DNA of 64,000 nucleotides, taken from Rhodospirillaceae bacterium. GTDB taxonomy: Bacteria; Pseudomonadota; Alphaproteobacteria; MPNO01; VGEU01. Each line of letters starts with the position of its first letter. The first letter of the stretch is position 1. The notes beneath the pieces were generated by a model. The model was not told the DNA's origin. It worked only from the letters and a program-made list of their open reading frames with translations, and searched no databases. The DNA lies in contig JBFWQM010000002.1 in assembly GCA_050249455.1 (NCBI GenBank), positions 8,888 to 72,887 on the forward strand, given 5' to 3'. Shown here piece after piece: positions 34,702 to 43,229 of the stretch. The translations under genes were made by a program, and so were the position numbers.

Positions 34702-36219
34702 ATGACCGACGGCGCGCATCATCACGTCTCGCCGTCGGAGCGGCGGCTGATCTCGATCACGGTGGCGCTGGCGACCATCGTGATCATCCTCGACATGAAC
34801 ATCGCCGGCATCGCGCTGCCGCACATGCAGGGCAGCCTGTCGGCGAGCCAGGACCAGATCATCTGGGTGATGACGGCGTTCTTCGTCGCCCAGGCGCTGA
34901 TGACGGCGTGCGGCGGCTGGCTGGCCGGCATGCTGGGGCGCAAGCGGCTCTACATGATCGCGCTGATCGGCTACTCCGTCTGCTCGCTGCTGGCGGCGCA
35001 GTCGTCCAGCCTCGGCGAGCTGGTGCTGTTCCGCGCCATGCCGGGCGCGTTCGGCGCGCCGATCGTGCCGCTGTCGCAGGCGGTGCTGCTCGATATCTAC
35101 CCGCGCGAGAAGCATGGCATCGCGCTGTCGGTGTGGGGCATGGGCGTGACGGTGGCGCCGGTGATGGGGCCGGTGCTGGGCGGCTGGCTGACCGACGCCT
35201 ACAGCTGGCGGGCGATCTACTTCATCGGCGCGCCGTTCGCGGTGCTCGCCTGCGTCGGGGTGTGGGCGTTCTTCCCCGGCGGCGAGCGCGACTCGCGCCG
35301 GCCGCTCGACTGGAAAGGCTTCGGCTTCCTCGCCATCGGCCTCGCGGCGCTGCAGCTCGTGCTCGACCGCGGCCAGATAAAGGGCTGGTTCGACTCGAGC
35401 GAGATCGTCATCGCCGCCAGCTTCGCCGCGTTCGGGTTCTACGCCTTCGTGGTGCACAGCATGACGACCGACCGGCCGTTCCTCAGCCCCGCCCTGTTCG
35501 CCGACCGCAACTTCGTGCTCGGCGTGATCTTCGTCTTCCTGGTCGGGGCGATCGTGTTCTCGTCCAACGTCATCATGCCGCTGTTCCTGCAGAACCTCGC
35601 GGGCTATCCGGTGCAGACGGCAGGCCTCCTGATGGCGCCGCGCGGCGTCGGCACACTGATCGCGCTGTTCGTCGCCGGCCGTCTGGTCAACCGGATCGAT
35701 CCGCGCATCCTGACCGCCGCCGGTTTCGTCGCCGTGGCGCTGTCGTCGTGGGAGCTGTCGGTGATGAACTTGGAGGTGGAGGCGTGGCATTTCATCCTCG
35801 CCTCCATCGGCAACGGCATGGGGATCGGGCTGGTGTGGGTGCCGCTGACCACGCTGGCGTTCGCCACCCTGGCGCCGCATCTGCGCAACGAGGCGGCCAA
35901 CCTGTGGTCGCTGGTGCGCATCTACGGCAGCGCGGTCGGCATCTCGCTGCTCAACAACCTGCAGATCACCACACGCACCGAGACGCGGGCGCGGCTGGTC
36001 GACCACGTCAACCCGTTCAACAGCATCCTCACGGCGCCCGACGTGCCGTCGCAGTGGGACCCGGCGACCACCACCGGCCTTGCGGCGCTGGCGCGCGAGA
36101 TCGACCGCCAGTCGTCGATGATCGGCTACCTCGCCGACTTCAACCTGATGCTGATGATGTCGGTCGCCATGCTGCCGTTCCTGATCTGGCTGCGCATCGG
36201 CGCCCGGCCGGCGCGGTAG
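34702..36219 (+). CDS. MFS transporter, DHA2 (EmrB/QacA-like, 14-TMS) type
   Basis: 505 aa and multi-helical. Contains GWLAGMLGRKRLY (the MFS motif A region). It directly follows the MarR and HlyD genes. Confidence 0.85.
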   Translation: MTDGAHHHVSPSERRLISITVALATIVIILDMNIAGIALPHMQGSLSASQDQIIWVMTAFFVAQALMTACGGWLAGMLGRKRLYMIALIGYSVCSLLAAQSSSLGELVLFRAMPGAFGAPIVPLSQAVLLDIYPREKHGIALSVWGMGVTVAPVMGPVLGGWLTDAYSWRAIYFIGAPFAVLACVGVWAFFPGGERDSRRPLDWKGFGFLAIGLAALQLVLDRGQIKGWFDSSEIVIAASFAAFGFYAFVVHSMTTDRPFLSPALFADRNFVLGVIFVFLVGAIVFSSNVIMPLFLQNLAGYPVQTAGLLMAPRGVGTLIALFVAGRLVNRIDPRILTAAGFVAVALSSWELSVMNLEVEAWHFILASIGNGMGIGLVWVPLTTLAFATLAPHLRNEAANLWSLVRIYGSAVGISLLNNLQITTRTETRARLVDHVNPFNSILTAPDVPSQWDPATTTGLAALAREIDRQSSMIGYLADFNLMLMMSVAMLPFLIWLRIGARPAR

Positions 36220-36272
36220 CGGGGCGCGGCGCACATCTGCTAACAACGGCGTCGCGGTGTTGCGGAGAGGCT

Positions 36273-36420
36273 GGCGGCCGCCCACCTCACCCTCCCCATC
36301 GCGTTGCGATGGGTCCCCTCCCTCTCCCCCCATGGCGGGCGGAGAGGGACGCTTCATGCCCTCTCCGCCCATTGGGGGAGAGGGTGCGAGCGCAGCGAAC
36401 GGGTGAGATGGGCGGCCGCC
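36273..36420. repeat. 148-bp composite palindromic (MITE/REP-like) element
   Basis: The 20-nt termini GGCGGCCGCCCACCTCACCC and GGGTGAGATGGGCGGCCGCC are inverted repeats (19/20). Inside are two CCCTCTCC...GGAGAGGG hairpins. Confidence 0.6.
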
Positions 36421-36469
36421 GGCTTATCCGCGCCGCGATATTCCTGCCGCCGCGGGGTGCCTGTCCGCC

Positions 36470-37240
36470 ATGCCGTCGTTCGACAAGCCGCGCCTGCGCC
36501 AGATCTGGCGGCGCCTCGCCGCCGTGCCGGCTGCGGCGTCCGACGCGGACACGCAGGCCGAGGCGGCGCAGGAACGGCTCGATTTCGTCGCCATGCTGGC
36601 CGGGCTCAAGCCGGCCTACCTGCTCGGGCGCGGCTACGACGACCCGACGTGGCGCGAGGCGGTGCTGAACCTGGCCAGGGACCTTGGCCTCCACGTCGTG
36701 ATCGGCCCGTTCTGGCAGGCGATCGGCACCGAGGGGACGTGGCCCGACTGGTACGCCGCGCATGTGCGCGCGGAGACCACGGGGCTGTCGGCCTGGTACA
36801 TCTGCCGCGCCCGCGCCGTCGCGGCGGAACTGCAGGGGCTCGCCGCGACCGGCCGGCCGACGGTGGCGCAGGAGGCGCGCCTGCTCGGCTATCCCGAATG
36901 CTGCGTGCGCGCGCACTACGAGCGTGCGCGGATCTTCCACGAGCTGTGGCTCGCCATGCTGGACCGCGCGGCCGGCGGCGACGTGGCGGCGATGCAGCAG
37001 ATCCTGCGCGCCGGCACCTGGATCGAGCCGGCGACCGACGCGGAGCGGGAGACGATGGCGGCGGCGCTCGACATGGCGCCGGCACCGTTCACCTCGGTCA
37101 ACATGTGCGCCGCCTGCGCGGCGGACCCCGACGGCCCCGCGCGCCGGCTGTCGGCGAAGTACCGGGCGCTGCTGACCAGCCTTGACCCCCTCGCGGCGGC
37201 CGCGGCGGAACCACCGCCGCGCGCGCTGCCGCGGCACTGA
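36470..37240 (+). CDS. hypothetical protein with paired Cys motifs
   Basis: 256 aa with natural composition. Contains LLGYPECCV and NMCAACAAD (four Cys in two pairs). I do not recognise the family. Confidence 0.5.
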   Translation: MPSFDKPRLRQIWRRLAAVPAAASDADTQAEAAQERLDFVAMLAGLKPAYLLGRGYDDPTWREAVLNLARDLGLHVVIGPFWQAIGTEGTWPDWYAAHVRAETTGLSAWYICRARAVAAELQGLAATGRPTVAQEARLLGYPECCVRAHYERARIFHELWLAMLDRAAGGDVAAMQQILRAGTWIEPATDAERETMAAALDMAPAPFTSVNMCAACAADPDGPARRLSAKYRALLTSLDPLAAAAAEPPPRALPRH

Positions 37241-37243
37241 CCG

Positions 37244-38695
37244 TTAGGCCGCCCGCGAGTCGGTCAGCCAAGCCCGCGCGGTCTCGAGGTCGCCGACCAG
37301 CCGCGCCAGTTCGTCGGCGCGCGCCGACTCTTCCGGCAGCCGCAGCACGTAGGACGGGTGCGCCGTGACCAGCACCGGGCCGCTGTCGTCGGCGGCGGCC
37401 AGGATGCGCCCGCGCATCCGCGCGATGGCGACCGGCCGGCCGAGGAGCGCCCGCGCCGCGGTGGCACCCAGCGCCACCGTCAGCCGCGGCGCGACCAGGC
37501 GGCGCTCCTCCGCCAGCCACCATTTGCACGCCTCGATCTCGGCGGCCTCCGGGCGCTGGTGCAGCCGGCGCTTGCCGCGGCGGACGTGCTTGAAGTGCTT
37601 CACCGCGTTGGTCAGGTAGACCGCATTGCGGTCGATTGCGGCGGCAGCCAGCGCGCGGTCGAGCACGCCGCCGGCCGGCCCCACGAACGGCCGGCCCTGC
37701 AGATCTTCCTGGTCGCCCGGCTGCTCGCCGACCAACATCAGCTCGGCCGTCGCCGGCCCCTCGCCGAACACAGTCTGCGTCGCGTCGCGCCACAGCGGGC
37801 AGTGGCGGCAGCCATCTGCCGAACGGCGCAGCTCCTCGACCGAGAGCGCCGGCACGTCGAGCTCGGCCAGGCGCTCGCGCCGCGTCGCTAGCCGGTCGTG
37901 GAACGGCGGCGGCGCGCCGGGCGGCGCGGCGACCATCGCGTCGGTGCGCCGCGCGGCGTCGGCGACCAGGTCCGGGATCAGCGCTGCCTCCGGCAAATTG
38001 CGCCAGTACTTCTTCGGCATTTCGCGCGTCATCGCGTCCACGTTCAGCCGTGCCGGGTTGAACGTGCTGGCGTAGTAGGTGCGCCACAGCGCTTCCAGCT
38101 CGTCGTCCGGCGGGGCGCTGCGGCGCGCCACGCCGGGCGAGTAGGCGAGCGTCTTGCCGTCCCAGTGGGCGCACTTCTCCGGCGTCAGGATCGACCAGCG
38201 CATGGTGGCGAAGCGTTCGGCGAAGAACGGCGCGGCGCGCGCGACGATGTGGTGCTCCGGCTCGAACCAGGCGACATAATGCGGCCCGTCGTCGGCGTCG
38301 ACGCGGCGGAACCGGACGAAAGCGTGCATCTTGTGCACGTCGCGGCGCACCGCCTTCGCCATCGCCTCGGCGGCGGCAACGTCGGGGTCGGCGGCGTAGT
38401 CGAGCATCTGCGGCACCGCGCGCAGCCGCCACAGCAGGCGATAGAGCAGGGCGAAGCGCTCCGCGTCGCGGTGGCACACGACGTCCGCGGCGAGGTCGCG
38501 GAACCGGCGCGGCACCGTGAAGCTCGCGTCGGGTGCCGCCGCCGGCGGCAGCACGGTGTCGGCGAACAGGTCCTCGGACTCGCCCGGCGCCACCCAGCTC
38601 ACCGCGTCGGGCACCACGTCGGCCCGCACCAGCGCGCGGGCGGCATTGCGCCAGCCGTCGAAGTCGTCGGGCGCGGCGAGGCGGACCTGGTGCAT
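37244..38695 (-). CDS. DUF4130-type domain fused to a UdgX-like family-4 uracil-DNA glycosylase domain
   Basis: Start MHQVRLAAPDDFDGWR. The C-terminal half has GEQPGDQED (UDG family-4 motif A), the KRRLH loop (compare KRRIH in UdgX) and HPSYVLR (motif B). The start overlaps the stop of the radical SAM gene (TGATG). Confidence 0.8.
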   Translation of the reverse strand: MHQVRLAAPDDFDGWRNAARALVRADVVPDAVSWVAPGESEDLFADTVLPPAAAPDASFTVPRRFRDLAADVVCHRDAERFALLYRLLWRLRAVPQMLDYAADPDVAAAEAMAKAVRRDVHKMHAFVRFRRVDADDGPHYVAWFEPEHHIVARAAPFFAERFATMRWSILTPEKCAHWDGKTLAYSPGVARRSAPPDDELEALWRTYYASTFNPARLNVDAMTREMPKKYWRNLPEAALIPDLVADAARRTDAMVAAPPGAPPPFHDRLATRRERLAELDVPALSVEELRRSADGCRHCPLWRDATQTVFGEGPATAELMLVGEQPGDQEDLQGRPFVGPAGGVLDRALAAAAIDRNAVYLTNAVKHFKHVRRGKRRLHQRPEAAEIEACKWWLAEERRLVAPRLTVALGATAARALLGRPVAIARMRGRILAAADDSGPVLVTAHPSYVLRLPEESARADELARLVGDLETARAWLTDSRAA

Positions 38696-39945
38696 CAGAA
38701 CAGCGCCATCTGGCGCGGCCGCGGCGGGGGCGGTCGCAGTGACGCGCGGTCGGCGAGGCCGGTCGGCCGCCAGCCGTCGGCGACGATGAACGGGCGCGCG
38801 CGGCCGAGCGCGCGGGTCAGTCGGCCGACGTCGGCGAGCGTCAGCCGGGCGTGGCGGCGCGAGGCGATCATGCGGTCGACCGCGCGCACGCCGAGGCCCG
38901 GCACGCGCAGCAGCACCTCGCGCGGGGCGCGGTTGACGTCGACCGGGAAGGCGCCGCGGTGCTTCAGCGCCCACGCCAGCTTGGGGTCGATGTCGAGGTC
39001 CAGCATGCCGCCGTCCGTCCCGGCCACCACCTCGTCGAGATCGAAGCCGTAGTATCGCATCAGCCAGTCGGCCTGGTACAGGCGATGCTCGCGCCGCAGC
39101 GGCGCCGGCTGCAGCGGCAGCCGCGGGCTGGCGTCGGGGATCGGGCTGAACGCCGAGTAGTAGACCCGCTTCAGCCCGTGGTCGCGGTAGAGACCGGCGC
39201 TGCGCGTCAGCAGCCGCGCGTCGTCCAGCCCGTCGGCGCCGACGATGAGCTGCGTGCTCTGCCCAGCGGGCGCGAAGCGCGGCGGCCGCGCGCGCGCCGC
39301 CCGGTCGGGCTTCGCCGCGTCAATCCAGCCGCGCAGCCGGCCCATCGCGCCGACGATCGCGCGCTCGTCCTTCTCCGGGGCCAGCCTCTGCAGTGCCGCG
39401 GCGGAGGCGAGCTCGATGTTGATCGACAGCCGGTCGGCGTGCCGCCCCGCCTCGCGCAGGAGCGCCGGGTCGGCATTGGGGATCGCCTTCAAGTGGATGT
39501 AGCCGCGGAAGTCGTGGCCCTCGCGCAGCGTGCGGACCACGTCGATCAGCGCCTCCATCGTGTAGTCGGGGCTCTGGATGATGCCGGAGGAGAGGAACAG
39601 CCCCTCGATGCAGTTGCGCCGGTAGAAGGCGAGCGTCAGGCCGACCAACTCGTCGGTGGTGAAACGCGCGCGCGGCGTGTTGCTCGACGACCGGTTGATG
39701 CAGAAGGCGCAGTCGTAGATGCAGAAATTGGTCAGCAGCACCTTGAGCAGCGAGATGCAGCGCCCGTCCGGCGCATAGGCGTGGCATATCCCCATGCCGT
39801 TGGTCGAGCCGATGCCGTGGCCCCCCAACGAGTTCCGCCGCTCCCCGCCGCTCGACGCGCAGGAGGCGTCGTACTTCGCCGCGTCGGCGAGTACCGCGAG
39901 CTTCGCGGCCAGCGGATCGGCGTTGTCGGAGACCGAGATGTTCAT
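38695..39945 (-). CDS. putative DNA modification/repair radical SAM protein with a C-terminal helix-hairpin-helix region
   Basis: Contains CIYDCAFC (CxxxCxxC), a TIM-barrel-like middle region and LLRVPGLGVRAVDRMIASR (HhH-like). Confidence 0.8.
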   Translation of the reverse strand: MNISVSDNADPLAAKLAVLADAAKYDASCASSGGERRNSLGGHGIGSTNGMGICHAYAPDGRCISLLKVLLTNFCIYDCAFCINRSSSNTPRARFTTDELVGLTLAFYRRNCIEGLFLSSGIIQSPDYTMEALIDVVRTLREGHDFRGYIHLKAIPNADPALLREAGRHADRLSINIELASAAALQRLAPEKDERAIVGAMGRLRGWIDAAKPDRAARARPPRFAPAGQSTQLIVGADGLDDARLLTRSAGLYRDHGLKRVYYSAFSPIPDASPRLPLQPAPLRREHRLYQADWLMRYYGFDLDEVVAGTDGGMLDLDIDPKLAWALKHRGAFPVDVNRAPREVLLRVPGLGVRAVDRMIASRRHARLTLADVGRLTRALGRARPFIVADGWRPTGLADRASLRPPPPRPRQMALF

Positions 39946-39954
39946 GTTTTGTAC
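39940..39954. promoter_or_regulatory. SOS-box-like motif overlapping the radical SAM start codon
   Basis: GTTCATGTTTTGTAC reads as GTTC-N7-GTAC. This is one mismatch from the GTTC-N7-GTTC direct-repeat LexA box reported for alphaproteobacteria. Confidence 0.3.
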
Positions 39955-40070
39955 ACTTAGGGCGAGGCCCGTCGTCCGTCAATGTCTCCCCTGTAACGCG
40001 CCATCTGCGGTTTCGGGTGAGTCGCGCCGGCAAGCGGCCGGGCGGTGACGAGGGACGCCGCCGGCTCCGG

Positions 40071-40101
40071 ACAAACAAAAGGGCGGGTCGATGACCCGCC
40101 C
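40071..40101 (-). terminator. rho-independent terminator after the DapA-like gene
   Basis: The stem GGGCGGGTC-gat-GACCCGCCC is followed on the minus strand by TTTTGTTTGT. Confidence 0.7.
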
Positions 40102-40142
40102 TCCGTCACCTTCGCCTTGAGCGAGGCGGGCGACCTCGCCGC

Positions 40143-41039
40143 TCAGAGCAGCTTGGCGCGCTTCAGGACGCCGTCGAGGCGTTCCTCCAGCTCCTTCGTG
40201 GCGGGCACCATCGGCAGGCGGTGCTCGTTGCGCGGGATGACGCCCAGCTTCTTCATCATGTACTTGATGGCGATCGGGTTGGTGTCGAAGAAGACCGCCT
40301 GGTTGAGCTCGAACAGCTCGTAGTGGAGGTCGCGGGCGCCCTTCATGTCGCCGGCGAAGACACGCTCGCACAGCTGCGAGACCTTCTTAGGCAGCACGTT
40401 GCCGACCGCGTTCATCAGCCCGCAGGCGCCGACCGCCATCATCGGGTAGGACAGCTCCTCCAGCCCGACGAAGATGCGGAAGTCCATGCCGAAGCGGTCG
40501 AGGCACTTGGTCACGAACTCCAGGTCGTTGACCGCGTGCTTGATGCCGACCAGCTGCGGGACCCGGTCGCAGATCGCCGCCACCGTCTCGACGGTGACGT
40601 TGACCGCGGCGCGGCCGGGGATGTGGTAGATCATCATCGGCAGCTGGGTGCGCTTGCCGAGGTCGGCGTAGTACTCCACCAGCCCGCGCTGCGGCGGGCG
40701 GATGTAGTAGGGCGTGACGATCAGCAGCGCGTCGGCGCCCGCCTTGTCGGCATGCGTCGTGAGCTCCACCGTCTCGGCGTGCGACTGCGAGCCGGTGGCG
40801 GCGACGATCGGCTTCCTGCCCTTGGCGATCGCCACCGCGATCTCGAGGAGCTTCTTGCGCTCCTCCACCGCCAGGGTGGAGGGCTCCGACGTCGTGCCGC
40901 ACACCAGGATGCCGTGCGAGTCCTTGGCCTGGATCTCGACCAGCTTCTGGTAGGTGTCGTAGTCGACCGCGCCGTCCTTGAACGGCGTGATGATCGGCGG
41001 GTACGAGCCGCGCAGGAAGTCCTTGTCGAGCGACATCAT
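40143..41039 (-). CDS. DapA/NAL-family class I aldolase-type enzyme (dihydrodipicolinate synthase family)
   Basis: Contains GTTSE (GTTGE-like), the IYHIPGR block (Y.P) and a Schiff-base Lys context (VGIKHA). Confidence 0.85.
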   Translation of the reverse strand: MMSLDKDFLRGSYPPIITPFKDGAVDYDTYQKLVEIQAKDSHGILVCGTTSEPSTLAVEERKKLLEIAVAIAKGRKPIVAATGSQSHAETVELTTHADKAGADALLIVTPYYIRPPQRGLVEYYADLGKRTQLPMMIYHIPGRAAVNVTVETVAAICDRVPQLVGIKHAVNDLEFVTKCLDRFGMDFRIFVGLEELSYPMMAVGACGLMNAVGNVLPKKVSQLCERVFAGDMKGARDLHYELFELNQAVFFDTNPIAIKYMMKKLGVIPRNEHRLPMVPATKELEERLDGVLKRAKLL

Positions 41040-42154
41040 CGCTTGGCGCCCACCTTGGCGCGGTTGGTGTCGAAGCCGGTCTCGGCGCCGAGCACGTGGA
41101 ACGGCAGCTTGAGGTCCTCCTGCCAGAGGAGGGACTCCATCATGATGTTGAGCGGCTGGTCCTGGATGGTCAGCTCATAGACCGGGTCGTCGTAGGACGC
41201 GTGGTTGTGCACGCCCCAGCCCGGCGCCGACAGCATCAGGTCGCCGGCGCTCCATTCGTAGACCTTGCCGTCCACCGTCGAGCGCCCGCTGCCGGCGAAG
41301 TAGTAGTTGATCGCCGCCGAGATGTGGCGGTGCGGCCGGTCGACGATCTTGCCGGGGCGGATGGTCATGGTGGCGAAGAAGTTCGGCGTCGTGCCGTTGG
41401 TGCGCCCGGTCATCGGGTTCCACAGCAGATACAGCCGGCGGCCCTTGTAGTCCTTGCCCAGCGCGACCAGCTTGTCGAGCTCCGCCTTCACCGTCTGCCA
41501 CGGCCAGTGCAGCGCCTTCGATTCGACCGACGGCGGGTTGATCAGGATCTCGTAGGGCATCAGCCAGGCGCCGTCGTCGGTGAGCTGGAAGGTGCCGTAG
41601 GGGCTCTTGCGCGTCGGGTCGTCGGCGTGCGCCTCCTCGTGGCTCTCGCCGCCCACCGCCTCGAGCTCGGCCGGCGGGGCCTCGTCGATGATGTGGACGT
41701 TCATCTTCTCCAGCAGCGGCGCGTTGGAGTAGCTGAACCGCGCCTGCACCTGGTCGGTGTCGTTGACGTGGCGATAGGTCAGCATCGACGGGAAGTTGTA
41801 GACGTCGTACTGCTTGAAATCGATGCGCTTGCCGCCGACGATCGAGTGGCCGCCGCCCAGGATGCAGAAGTTCACCTGGGTCGAGTTGTGGCGGATCGGC
41901 GCCGACTGCTCGCCGGGGTTCAGCACCTCCAAGGTCACGCGGATGCCGGGCGCCAGGCCGGGGCCGACGCCGAGTTCCTGCCACTGCGGATGGACGATCA
42001 GCGAATGGCGGCGGCCATTGGCCGGGCGCGGCAGCGCGCTGAGCCGGCCGATCTCGTCGTCGATCGCCGACTTGGGGATCACCACGGGGGGCCACAGCTT
42101 CATATCCGGCGCGGTCCAGCCGGTGCGGTCCATGAAGAACGGGTTGGCGCTCAT
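41036..42154 (-). CDS. bicupin protein (gentisate-1,2-dioxygenase-like architecture)
   Basis: Start MSANPFFMD after GAGGAGG. Two cupin barrels. The C-terminal one carries PHRHISAAINYYFAGSG...WGVHNH (an HxH...H metal site). ATGA overlap with the downstream DapA-like gene. Confidence 0.7.
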   Translation of the reverse strand: MSANPFFMDRTGWTAPDMKLWPPVVIPKSAIDDEIGRLSALPRPANGRRHSLIVHPQWQELGVGPGLAPGIRVTLEVLNPGEQSAPIRHNSTQVNFCILGGGHSIVGGKRIDFKQYDVYNFPSMLTYRHVNDTDQVQARFSYSNAPLLEKMNVHIIDEAPPAELEAVGGESHEEAHADDPTRKSPYGTFQLTDDGAWLMPYEILINPPSVESKALHWPWQTVKAELDKLVALGKDYKGRRLYLLWNPMTGRTNGTTPNFFATMTIRPGKIVDRPHRHISAAINYYFAGSGRSTVDGKVYEWSAGDLMLSAPGWGVHNHASYDDPVYELTIQDQPLNIMMESLLWQEDLKLPFHVLGAETGFDTNRAKVGAKR

Positions 42155-42176
42155 GCTCGAAGTCCTCCTCTGAATG

Positions 42177-43205
42177 TCATTCCGCGGCCTGCAGCCGCGG
42201 CGCCGCCCGCTCGCGCGTCGGCAATGGCCGGCCGGCGCCCGCCCGTTCGGCGCGCGCCAGAAGTTCGATTCCCATCGCAAGGTCGGACAGGCCCATGCCC
42301 ATCGCCTTGAACAGGGTCAGGTCGGCGCCGGCCGGGCGTCCCGCGCCGGCGGCGACGATGGCGGAGATCGGCCGCACGTCGGCCCAGTCGCCGCCGCCGC
42401 CGTCATAGTAGTCGCGAAACTCCTGCGACAGGTTCCGCACCGTCGCCGGCTCGTCCACCGCCACCACCGTGCAACGCGGGAACACGTCGCGCGCCAGTTC
42501 GATCCGCGCCGGCACGATGGCGCCGACCGCGTTCACGTGGGTTCCCGCCGCCAGCATGCGCGCCGACAGGATCGGCGCGGTCGCGCGAGTCACCACGGTG
42601 ACGATCGGCGCGTCCTTCGCCGCCGCCTCGGCCGTCTCGGCGACGACCGCCTCGAACCCGAACTGCGCCGCCATGCGCTCGGCGAAGGAGCGACGGTTGG
42701 CCGCGGTCGGGCTGAACACCCGCAGCCGCTTCAGCGGCCGCACGGCGTGCACGGCCGCGACCTGGGTCACTGCCTGCGGGCCGGTGCCGATCACCGCCAT
42801 CTCGTCGGCGTCCGGCCGCGCGAGCCAGCGGGTGGCGAGGCCGGAGATGCCGCCGGTCCGCATCTGGCCCAGCGCGAACGCCTCCACCACCGCCCTCAGC
42901 GCGCCGGTCTTCGAATCCCACAGGATCAGCGTCGGCGCCGCGCCGCCCTCGGTATGCGCCCAGGTCTTGGTGCCGACCAGCCCGGCGCCGGGCACCGCCG
43001 CGCCCAGCGCGTGCAGGCTGTCATGCGCGTTGAAGCCGACCTGTGTCTTGGTCAGGTTGACCGCGGCGCCCTGGGATTCAAGCGGCAGCGTGCGCTCAAG
43101 CGCGTCGATGGCGTCCCCCAGCGTCATCAGGGAAACCACCTCGGCCTCGGTCAGCCAGATCGGCTCGCGCGCGCTCATATCCCGGAACTTAGACTCCCGT
43201 TCCAA
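42177..43205 (-). CDS. ornithine cyclodeaminase/mu-crystallin family protein
   Basis: Contains the Rossmann block MAVIGTGPQAV, GQMRTGG and a family-typical C-terminus LFKAMGMGLSDLA. An alternative ATG lies at 43178 (MSAREPIWL). Confidence 0.85.
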   Translation of the reverse strand: MERESKFRDMSAREPIWLTEAEVVSLMTLGDAIDALERTLPLESQGAAVNLTKTQVGFNAHDSLHALGAAVPGAGLVGTKTWAHTEGGAAPTLILWDSKTGALRAVVEAFALGQMRTGGISGLATRWLARPDADEMAVIGTGPQAVTQVAAVHAVRPLKRLRVFSPTAANRRSFAERMAAQFGFEAVVAETAEAAAKDAPIVTVVTRATAPILSARMLAAGTHVNAVGAIVPARIELARDVFPRCTVVAVDEPATVRNLSQEFRDYYDGGGGDWADVRPISAIVAAGAGRPAGADLTLFKAMGMGLSDLAMGIELLARAERAGAGRPLPTRERAAPRLQAAE

Positions 43206-43229
43206 GGGTAAACGGCCGGTAAGCCGGGG

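Noticed and set aside
33561-36219. The HlyD plus transporter pair as the type I secretion system for the RTX or giant proteins
   Set aside because: The transporter is a 14-TMS MFS (EmrB-like), not an ABC exporter, and it is preceded by a MarR gene. This is an EmrRAB-type efflux operon.
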